A stretch of 63,469 nucleotides of DNA, the filler included, from an uncultured Clostridia bacterium (lineage in GTDB: Bacteria > CAYTYR01 > UBA6262): the NCBI GenBank assembly GCA_964441745.1. It is 3 parts of 3 records of this genome, joined end to end, with 100 filler letters (N's around TTAATTAATTAA, not from the genome) between each part and the next. Parts side by side here need not be neighbours in the genome. Positions count along the whole stretch, not along the records: positions 1 to 24,631 come from CAYTYR010000025.1; positions 24,732 to 48,676 come from CAYTYR010000026.1; 1 more part is not named here. The stretch is one strand, 5' to 3'. The notes below the pieces were generated by a model that had not been told where the DNA came from, ran no database searches, and was given only the letters and a program-made list of their open reading frames with translations. A program made the translations under genes and the position numbers. Positions within the stretch are counted from its first letter, which is position 1; each line of letters opens with the position of its first letter. Below are positions 22,587-30,425 of the stretch, one piece after another.

Positions 22587-23135
22587 ATGCCAATCAAGAA
22601 AAATTTCATTATTCTAGTCGTGGGATTGCTCTTGCTGAATGGTTGTGCGGGTAGTGTGGTTAATTGGGGCATCAAAATGCAGTCCCCGGTACCTGCGGAA
22701 ACAACTGCCTATAGTGATGAAGATATAGAGATTATGTTCTTGGTGGATGATAAAAGTATTAGTTTTGACTTAAAAAACAAAACCCAGAACGGGATTAAGT
22801 TAAATTATGATGAGATGTCGTATCTTTCTCCTGGCGGGGTGAGTTTACGGGTCGTTTCCAGTAATATCCGTTTTTCTGACCGTTTTGCTCCGCAAGCCGC
22901 GGTGGTTGTACCTCCTGGATTATCAATTTCCGAGACCATCATTCCGGCGCAAAACATTTCTTTCCGGACTAATAGTATGGATTATTATGGCTGGGATGTT
23001 GGACCTTTGTTCCCTAATGACGCGGAAACGTATCTTGGAAAGGAATTTGGCTTGTATTTCCCGATGGAGATCAGGGGAACAAAAAAAGAGTTTATTTTCA
23101 AGTTTTTAATTACTTCTACGGAAAAGAAGAAATAA
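22587..23135 (+). CDS. hypothetical lipoprotein
   Basis: MPIKK, hydrophobic stretch, LNGC lipobox. Confidence 0.75.
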   Translation: MPIKKNFIILVVGLLLLNGCAGSVVNWGIKMQSPVPAETTAYSDEDIEIMFLVDDKSISFDLKNKTQNGIKLNYDEMSYLSPGGVSLRVVSSNIRFSDRFAPQAAVVVPPGLSISETIIPAQNISFRTNSMDYYGWDVGPLFPNDAETYLGKEFGLYFPMEIRGTKKEFIFKFLITSTEKKK

Positions 23136-23210
23136 GCAACTTTTAGTTGAAATATAGGGTCCTTTTAAGTAGAATAAAGCTGTTTATATCCAATCCTGCA
23201 ACCCAGAGGA

Positions 23211-24545
23211 GTGTATATGGCCAATAATCGGCCGATCACCGGCAAGTATATCGATAAGATGCCTGATGGCACCATTAAACAGTTAAACCCGTTTACTGGT
23301 ACCGAGGTATGGACAGTGCCTGGCAGGGGTGGGAAACCTATTACCAATGAAATACCTAAAAATGCTAAAAAAATAGAAAGGCATGATCCGGAAAATTACT
23401 GCAATTTCTGCGCCTCTAATTATTTAAATACTCCGCCGGAAAAATCAAGACTGGTCAAAGAAGGCGATAAATATAAGATCCTGTATAATGTAGCGGCCCA
23501 GGACTTGAGCGCAACCGTCCCTTTACTGCGCCGTATCCCCAATTTATTTGAAATAGTTTCTTATGATTATTGGGTTAAGAACTATTCTTTCTTCCTGCCA
23601 CAGGACCTGATCAACTGGAAAAATAACTATATGTCCACTCAGGATGGCCAGGACCATGTTTTCAAAATAATCGATATGAAGCTAACCCTGCTGGGCAAAG
23701 ATCCGCAAAAGATCAGCCGGGAGACCAAGCTGGACATGGCCGACGCCTTTTTTGGCGGTTGTCACGAGCTGGTCGTTGCTAACAAACATTATTCTGATAC
23801 CGCTGAATATGATTCCCAGCTTTGTTCCTCAGGAGAACTTACTCCGGAAGAGCATTTCTGGTATATTAAATTCACCATTGAAGCGATCAAGGCGATTCAC
23901 CAGACTAACCGTTATGTGCGGTATATCAGCGTGTTCCAGAACTGGCTCTCCAGCGCTGGTGCCAGCTTTGACCATTTGCATAAGCAATTAGTGGCAATCG
24001 ATGAATGGGGTACGTCTATTGAGGAAGAAAGTGAATTGGTGCGTGGAAACCCCAATATTTACAATGAACTGGCAGCGAATTATGCCGGCTACCAGAACCT
24101 GGTTTTTGCGGAGAATGATTATGCCGTGGCTTTTGCCGATTTTGGCCACCGGTATCCGACTATTGCCGTTTATTCGAAGAGCCCATATTCGAATATCTGG
24201 GAATTAAGCGATGAGGAAATAAAAGGATTCAGCGATATCGTCCACGGTTGCCATGCGGCCATGGGATCGCGCATCCCCTGCAATGAAGAATGGTATTATA
24301 AACCGTTGGATGCTGATTTTGCCATGCCTTGGCATATTCTGATCAAATGGCGGGTAAATACGCCGGCCGGATTTGAAGGCGGGACAAAAATCTATATCAA
24401 TACTATCGATCCGGTTAACCTGCGGGATAAAATGGTACCCCGGCTTTTCGAACTGAAAAACCAGGGTAAGATCGCTAAATTCAATATCGCGTTTGAATGT
24501 CCTTGTTTGCCAAACAGTTTGAAATATAATCCCGCAGTAAGATAA
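23211..24545 (+). CDS. GalT/HIT-fold nucleotidyltransferase-like protein (DUF4921-like)
   Basis: NPFTGTEVW, CNFC, GASFDHLHKQ and AGFEGGT motifs. Confidence 0.8.
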   Translation: MYMANNRPITGKYIDKMPDGTIKQLNPFTGTEVWTVPGRGGKPITNEIPKNAKKIERHDPENYCNFCASNYLNTPPEKSRLVKEGDKYKILYNVAAQDLSATVPLLRRIPNLFEIVSYDYWVKNYSFFLPQDLINWKNNYMSTQDGQDHVFKIIDMKLTLLGKDPQKISRETKLDMADAFFGGCHELVVANKHYSDTAEYDSQLCSSGELTPEEHFWYIKFTIEAIKAIHQTNRYVRYISVFQNWLSSAGASFDHLHKQLVAIDEWGTSIEEESELVRGNPNIYNELAANYAGYQNLVFAENDYAVAFADFGHRYPTIAVYSKSPYSNIWELSDEEIKGFSDIVHGCHAAMGSRIPCNEEWYYKPLDADFAMPWHILIKWRVNTPAGFEGGTKIYINTIDPVNLRDKMVPRLFELKNQGKIAKFNIAFECPCLPNSLKYNPAVR

Positions 24546-24631
24546 GGCAAATTCTAAATTCGAAATGCTAAATTCTAAATAAATCCGAAACACTAAATTC
24601 CAATATTAAAACGTTTAGAAATTTGATATTG

Positions 24632-24731
24632 NNNNNNNNNNNNNNNNNNNNNNNNNNNNNNNNNNNNNNNNNNNNTTAATTAATTAANNNNNNNNNNNNN
24701 NNNNNNNNNNNNNNNNNNNNNNNNNNNNNNN
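24632..24731. other. artificial contig linker
   Basis: N44-TTAATTAATTAA-N44 (stops in all six frames). Confidence 0.98.
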
Positions 24732-25461
24732 CGGCCTGATATAATTCCTGGAAATCTTTCTTGGCCATCTCCCCAAAACTGATGAACACTAAAACAGCGG
24801 CGCGGGCTTTGATCTCCTTAATAATGCCGGCCAGTTCCCCGGCGGTATAACCCCGGTCCTCGCCGCTTTGCAGCACTAAGGCTTTAAACCCGTACTTTTC
24901 TACCGCTTCCACGGCTGTCTCAATAATTTCCTGGCCGGTCATGCGGTAACGCTGCAAGCCGGTAACCGTATCCGCGATCCCGCAGTACACGCAATTGCTG
25001 CCGCAGTAGTTAGAAATCTCGATAATCCCGTGGACACAGCAGGCATTGCCGTGATATTTCTGGCGCAGGAAATTAGCGGTTTTGTAAAACAACTGCTGGG
25101 AAGAATTATCATCCAAATCCAGTAAATACAAGTATTCTTCCCGGGATAAACTTTTTTCATCGGTCACTTTATCCAGGATCTGGCCCAGTGTCTGATCCAT
25201 CCCCTGCTTTTCCAGCTCTACCCGGGAAAGCCGGACATCCAGGTCCTGCAGTTCAAAGAACAGTTCCCGCCAGGTGGCTAAAATATCTTCCGCTTCCCGC
25301 GGCGATATCTTTTCGATAACAAAACCGCCCTGGGCATAAATATAGTCACCCACGGCCAGTCCGGTCAGTTCATTCAGGGCCTTTTTGCGCTCACCAAAAT
25401 AATTGACCGTCACGAACTTATCATCTATCGCTGCCACTTTACCCGGTATCGCGTAACACAT
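24732..25461 (-). CDS. HypC-like domain fused to a HydE/BioB-like radical SAM domain (3'-truncated by contig end)
   Basis: MCYAIPGKV...GDYIYAQGG N-terminus; IIEISNYCGSNCVYC (CxxxCxxC); LVLQSGED. Confidence 0.85.
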
Positions 25462-25525
25462 ATAAATAAATCCTTAGCTTGCTCTAATCCGCGTTATCGT
25501 ATTCCGAAAATCCGCGTAATCTTCT

Positions 25526-25768
25526 TCATTCGCAATCGAAAGACACTAAGCGTAGTTCCCTCGTCTTGCTGGGCTCAATTACCAGTTCAGCCCCGGCCAG
25601 GATAGTATCTTTGCCGTGCTCCTGAAAAAAGAACCGTAATACCTCTTCGTTTATTTCCGTAAAAGTCCCCAGCCGCAGATAGATCCTGGTGATCCTGGCG
25701 GCTTTTTGCTCTGCCCCTAATTTCAGCAAGTCGGTAAAGATATCTTTCACTAAATGCATTTCATGCAC
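25526..25768 (-). CDS. hypA: short HypA/HybF nickel metallochaperone lacking the Zn-binding domain
   Basis: MHE start, LRLG..TEI, GAELVIE, ELRLVSFDCE; no CxxC pairs. Confidence 0.85.
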   Translation of the reverse strand: MHEMHLVKDIFTDLLKLGAEQKAARITRIYLRLGTFTEINEEVLRFFFQEHGKDTILAGAELVIEPSKTRELRLVSFDCE

Positions 25769-25824
25769 AGTTAACCTCGGTCTAAAGGTATTAGGTTACT
25801 TACATCCATACCTACTTCTATAAC

Positions 25825-26295
25825 TTACACCTGATTTCTGTTTATGTACCTAATAATCTCATCTGCTGTCGCTTTTACTTCCCGGGATAATTCTTCTTTA
25901 TGCTCTACGCTTTTAGGCTGGATCCCGATCATGACTGCCTGGGCCGCGGTATCATGGAGCAATAAATGATAAACCACCTTTAACGGTACCGCGTGGGTGC
26001 TTAAGGAAGCATCCGGGATATGTTCCTGGTCAATGACCCGCGCCTCCCCGGGAGCGCCCTGGAAATCAGCGGCATCGATAAAAATGATCCTGGCCGGATG
26101 CAGGGCAATGACCTGCTCAATAATATTTTCCGGGGTATAACCGGCATTAATTATTTTAAGCTGCTTCGTCTCTGTGATCAGAGGACCTAGATACGGTCCT
26201 ACCCCGTCGTCAGCGCGGAGAGTATTACCGATGGTAATGATGACATTAATACCTGGGATGGTCGTTAGGGCGGAGCAGACTTCAGCGGTTAACAA
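25825..26295 (-). CDS. hydrogenase maturation endopeptidase (HycI-like)
   Basis: IGNTLRADDGVG, PEN, IDAA and STH motifs; TTG start after AAAGGA. Confidence 0.9.
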   Translation of the reverse strand: MLTAEVCSALTTIPGINVIITIGNTLRADDGVGPYLGPLITETKQLKIINAGYTPENIIEQVIALHPARIIFIDAADFQGAPGEARVIDQEHIPDASLSTHAVPLKVVYHLLLHDTAAQAVMIGIQPKSVEHKEELSREVKATADEIIRYINRNQV

Positions 26296-26386
26296 GTTAG
26301 TCCTTTCGGAAACTTGTTGATTACACAGATTAAAAAAAAGATTACACAGATTATTAAGTGTAATCAAAGATAGGATTTGTAAAATT

Positions 26387-27715
26387 CTATCTTATGAATT
26401 TGACATTTAAAAAGTGTGCAGAGCAGGAAATACAAGGATCATAAGCGCGGACCAGCATTTCCATCATGAGGGTGATCTCTTCTTCGGTCTTATGCAGGAT
26501 TTCCGGCACGAGTTTCTGCATGTCTCTTTCTATATTATTACAATTTTGGCCTGTGGGAATAATGCAATTCGCATTCACGATCTTACCGGCAGCGTCAATT
26601 TCGTAATTATGGAAAAGTATGCCGCGGGGCACTTCTACCGCGCCCACCCCATTGCCGGCTTTGACCGGGATAGTGCCTTTTTCATTCAAACCGACAATGA
26701 TCGCTTCTTCCTGTTTCACGCCGTTTTCCTTGAAATCTTCCAGGATAGCGATCGAATCTTCCAGGCAGTGCACGCATTCCACAGCCTGCGCCACGGTATT
26801 CATGAAAGGATTGGTACAGCCAGGTTTAATTTTCAGGAATTCAGCGGCTTTTTTAGCCTTGGGATGCAGCTTGTCATAATTCAGGTTCAGCCGGGCCAGG
26901 GCGCCGACCATATAGGACTCGCGGCTGGCTTTAGCATGCTTAGCTGAAGAATGATCAACAATAAATTCATTGGTCAGTTTACGGTAATCTTTTTTATTAA
27001 GCTTCAGCCCGTCAGTGGATCCCAATTCACCTTCCATTAACGGATACTCATCAGTGTTGTTGATCAGGGCCACATACTCTGTGGGCCGGGAAAATTCAGG
27101 GAATTTCAAGGCGCCCAGCAGCTCGATCGTGGCTTCCATATCCGGTTGCAGGCCTTTCAATATTTCCAGCATGGAATCAAGGTCTTTAGGCTGAGGCAGT
27201 TTAGTAAAACCGCCAACTATCGCTGAGATTGGGTGGATATGCCGGCCAACCAAGATATCACAGACATCATTGCAGTTTTTCTTCATCCGTAAGGCCCGGC
27301 GCACTACAGTATTATGCGTATCGATCAAAGGGACGAAACTCTTCACCCCTAAAAGGTCAGGCGCCACCAGCAAATATATATGCAGGATGTGGCTGTCGAG
27401 CATTTCCTGGTGTAAAAGCAGTTTGCGTAATTTAACGGTTTGCGCGCTGGGCGTGAACCCGAGCGCGTCCTCAGCCGCCAGGATCGAAGCCAGGCTGTGG
27501 CCACAAGCGCAAATGCCGCAAATACGCGAAGTAATATGCTGGGCTTCGAAGATGGAACGGCCGCGCAGCATGCCTTCAAAGAAACGGGGCGCTTCAACAA
27601 TATCCAGGCGGCATTCTTCCATCTTGCCATCCTTGACATTGACCACGATATTACCGTGGCCTTCCACCCGGGTTAAATATTCAACATTGACTTTAACATT
27701 CTTACTTGCGCTCAT
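26387..27715 (-). CDS. group 3b [NiFe]-hydrogenase large (alpha) subunit
   Basis: TRVEGHG, RICGICACGH (L1), EVPRG, DPCISCSAH (L2) plus short cleavable tail. Confidence 0.96.
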   Translation of the reverse strand: MSASKNVKVNVEYLTRVEGHGNIVVNVKDGKMEECRLDIVEAPRFFEGMLRGRSIFEAQHITSRICGICACGHSLASILAAEDALGFTPSAQTVKLRKLLLHQEMLDSHILHIYLLVAPDLLGVKSFVPLIDTHNTVVRRALRMKKNCNDVCDILVGRHIHPISAIVGGFTKLPQPKDLDSMLEILKGLQPDMEATIELLGALKFPEFSRPTEYVALINNTDEYPLMEGELGSTDGLKLNKKDYRKLTNEFIVDHSSAKHAKASRESYMVGALARLNLNYDKLHPKAKKAAEFLKIKPGCTNPFMNTVAQAVECVHCLEDSIAILEDFKENGVKQEEAIIVGLNEKGTIPVKAGNGVGAVEVPRGILFHNYEIDAAGKIVNANCIIPTGQNCNNIERDMQKLVPEILHKTEEEITLMMEMLVRAYDPCISCSAHFLNVKFIR

Positions 27716-28448
27716 CTAGTTCCCTCGGTTTATTATACAGATCTAATTTATTAATGATCCATTCTAAAGCAATATTAAATTTTTTGAGAATATCTATTTG
27801 GCCGTTCTTAGCCGGATTAGTCACCATCCCGCGGCAGCCATAGCAAATATTCCCGTTATTAACGCACCAGGAATTACAGCCAGCCTTGGTCACCGGACCC
27901 AGGCAGGTGATCCCTTTATCATACATGCAGACATTCTCATTAAGTTTGCATTCCACGCAGACAGCATAATCAGGCACATTATAGGGGATACCGGCTAAAA
28001 TACATTTTAGCACTTTGACGAATTCCGGCTGGTAGACCGGGCATCCATTGACAAAATAATCCACTTTTACGACCTGATGCACAGCCCTGGTCGGCAGGGT
28101 AGGAAAATTATTGGCCTTATCCTGGTAAACATATTTTCCTATTTCGTCCAGCGGAAACTTATTTTTCATGCCATTAATGCCGCCGATAGTAGCGCAGGAA
28201 CCATACGCTACCAGCACTTTGGCCCGGCTGCGGATATGCTTGATCCGTTCGACATCATGCTCAGTGGTAATACTGCCTTCGATGATGGCGACATCGTAAT
28301 CTTCTGATTTTTCGCTCATAACTTCGCGGAAGGTGACCACCTCTATAAGATTGAGGATATCCAGCAAGGTTTCACCAAAATTGGCAACTTGCAGCTGGCA
28401 TCCTTCACAACAGGTAAAATCAAAAAAAGCTACTCTGGGTTTGCCCAT
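27702..28448 (-). CDS. group 3b hydrogenase small (delta) subunit
   Basis: CCEGC, GSCA, GCP and VCVEC..CLG..C..CYGC motifs; start at MGKPRV. Confidence 0.94.
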   Translation of the reverse strand: MGKPRVAFFDFTCCEGCQLQVANFGETLLDILNLIEVVTFREVMSEKSEDYDVAIIEGSITTEHDVERIKHIRSRAKVLVAYGSCATIGGINGMKNKFPLDEIGKYVYQDKANNFPTLPTRAVHQVVKVDYFVNGCPVYQPEFVKVLKCILAGIPYNVPDYAVCVECKLNENVCMYDKGITCLGPVTKAGCNSWCVNNGNICYGCRGMVTNPAKNGQIDILKKFNIALEWIINKLDLYNKPRELDERK

Positions 28449-28449
28449 C

Positions 28450-29289
28450 TTACAACGCTTCCTTTTTGTCTTTAATTTGTTCGTAGGTAAACACCGGGCC
28501 ATCCTTACAGCAATAATAATTCTGGATCTGGCAATGGCCGCATTTACCGATACCGCATTTCATATGCCGCTCCAGGGAGACCAGGATCTGGCGTTCCGGG
28601 ATTTCTTTCTTCAGTAGTTCGATCAGTACAAACTTATACATTACCGGCGGTCCGATGACGGCGGCAAAAGTCCGCTCCGGGTCAAGGTTCACTCCGGGTA
28701 TTAACTTGGTAATCAGGCCGATATTCCCTTTATAGTCAGGGTCTTCGCAGCGATCCACCGTGATGTCAAAATTGACATCCAACCGCTTGCTCCAGGAATC
28801 CACTTCTTCGCCAAAAAGCATATCCTGAGGCGTTTTACAACCCAGCAGGATATTGACCTTGCCGAAATCGCGGCGGTTATCGATGACAAAATTGATCAGG
28901 GACCGCAAAGGCACAATGCCGAGGCCGCCGGCAACGAACAAAAGATCATTGCCTTCCAGTATCTGTACCGGGAAACCTTTGCCGAAAGGCCCGCGGATAC
29001 CGACTGTATCCCCGGTATCAAACTTATGCAGGGCATTGGTCACTTTCCCGACATTCCTGACCACTATCTCAAATGATCCTCTTTTTGTTGGTGATGAAGA
29101 AACAGAAAGCGGCGCTTCCCCTACTCCCGGGATCGAGACCATGACAAACTGGCCAGGTTCATGGTCCAGGCTCTCGCCGCCAGGCAGGGAAATCTCAAAT
29201 AACTTTTCTATTTTAGTCATCTGCCGGGCACGAATGATCTTCCCGGCTTTGACCAGATATTCAGAATCAGTAAGTTTAGCAGTCTTCAT
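28450..29289 (-). CDS. group 3b hydrogenase gamma subunit (FAD/NAD(P)-binding)
   Basis: PGQF, RGPFG, GGLG and CGIGKCGHC..CKDGP motifs. Confidence 0.94.
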   Translation of the reverse strand: MKTAKLTDSEYLVKAGKIIRARQMTKIEKLFEISLPGGESLDHEPGQFVMVSIPGVGEAPLSVSSSPTKRGSFEIVVRNVGKVTNALHKFDTGDTVGIRGPFGKGFPVQILEGNDLLFVAGGLGIVPLRSLINFVIDNRRDFGKVNILLGCKTPQDMLFGEEVDSWSKRLDVNFDITVDRCEDPDYKGNIGLITKLIPGVNLDPERTFAAVIGPPVMYKFVLIELLKKEIPERQILVSLERHMKCGIGKCGHCQIQNYYCCKDGPVFTYEQIKDKKEAL

Positions 29290-30329
29290 TTCTTTTCTTC
29301 CTTACTATCTGCCACTAGCGCATTAATTGTTTCTTTCAGACTGATCTTAGCCATGCAAGTCCTGGTACAGCGTCCGCAGCCAGTGCAAAAATACCGGCTA
29401 TAGCGCTCTACCGGATATTTAAATTTGCGGAAATACCGGTGCCGCTGGCGGGCACCCCGGGTCTTGCGGAAATTTTCCCCACCGGCAACTTTAGCAAAAG
29501 GCTCATTCTGGCAGCCATCCCACATCCTGGTCCGGTCACCGGTATTGAGATCAAGGTTTAGGTTGTCAAGCATATCAAAACAGTAGCAGGAAGGACAAAC
29601 ATTGGTGCAATTGCCACAGGCGATACACCGGGCACCAAGATCATCCCAGACTTTGCTGTCAAAGGATTTGTCAAACAGCTTAACCAGGTCATTATGGTTT
29701 ACTTTGACTTCGTCCTTAAAAATATCCCTTTTCTTTTGCCTGACCGCTTCAAGCTGGTCCAAGTGTACCTGCTCAGCCGGGTTAAACAATCTGGTCTTAT
29801 CGATCAGTTCATCGCCATAAATAGTATTTACATGCACAATGAAGCTATCGGTAAGCTCGGTAAAGAACAGATCATATCCGCCATTGGGCAGGTGATTGTC
29901 CACCACTTTGCAGCTGGCATACTGGTCGCAGTATTCATTGCATTCCAAACCAATAATAATGATCTTATTTTTCCGGACCAGGTAATTGATATCCTTGGGT
30001 TTATCGGAAAAAACCATATTCAGGCACTGGATACCGGCCAGATCACAGGTGTGGACGCCGAAAATGACCATTTTTTCATATTCCAGCAAAGCCTCAAAGG
30101 TACCGGCGCTTTTATTGAATTCTATTAGTTTCTCGCGTTGGGGGAAAAAATATTTCTTGGGAGGCAAGATGGTAGGGATATATTTCACAGCCACATCCTG
30201 GCCGCTTTTCACTTCCTGGAACGAAAAAGTATTATAGCCACGGGCCACCGGAGCGACGACTTTTTCAATCCGGGCCAGGCTGGTAATAAAATCATTGAAA
30301 TTTGCTTTTTTTAGGACTTGGTATTGCAT
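29286..30329 (-). CDS. group 3b hydrogenase beta subunit (Fe-S)
   Basis: PPKKYFFP, CIACGNCTNVCPSCYC and CTGCGRCTRTC motifs. Confidence 0.94.
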   Translation of the reverse strand: MQYQVLKKANFNDFITSLARIEKVVAPVARGYNTFSFQEVKSGQDVAVKYIPTILPPKKYFFPQREKLIEFNKSAGTFEALLEYEKMVIFGVHTCDLAGIQCLNMVFSDKPKDINYLVRKNKIIIIGLECNEYCDQYASCKVVDNHLPNGGYDLFFTELTDSFIVHVNTIYGDELIDKTRLFNPAEQVHLDQLEAVRQKKRDIFKDEVKVNHNDLVKLFDKSFDSKVWDDLGARCIACGNCTNVCPSCYCFDMLDNLNLDLNTGDRTRMWDGCQNEPFAKVAGGENFRKTRGARQRHRYFRKFKYPVERYSRYFCTGCGRCTRTCMAKISLKETINALVADSKEEKK

Positions 30330-30345
30330 CAGGGCCCCTAATAAT

Positions 30346-30377
30346 AAAAAAAACCACTGCCTTTGCAGTTAGGCAGT
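30346..30377 (-). terminator. intrinsic terminator downstream of the kinase gene
   Basis: ACTGCCT/AGGCAGT stem followed by GG-T8. Confidence 0.65.
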
Positions 30378-30407
30378 ATTATACTAGTTTAAAATATATA
30401 GTGTCAA
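30378..30407 (-). promoter_or_regulatory. promoter of the hydrogenase operon
   Basis: TTGACA-18 nt-TATAAT on the minus strand. Confidence 0.8.
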
Positions 30408-30425
30408 GACTTATTTAATTTAAGC

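Noticed and set aside
24632-24731. TTAATTAATTAA palindrome and the apparent stop of ORF 24676-25461
   Set aside because: Artificial linker, identical at 48677-48776; the stop is not biological and adjacency across linkers is meaningless.
26387-27715. [NiFeSe] hydrogenase or recoding
   Set aside because: All four ligands are Cys codons and there is no in-frame TGA.
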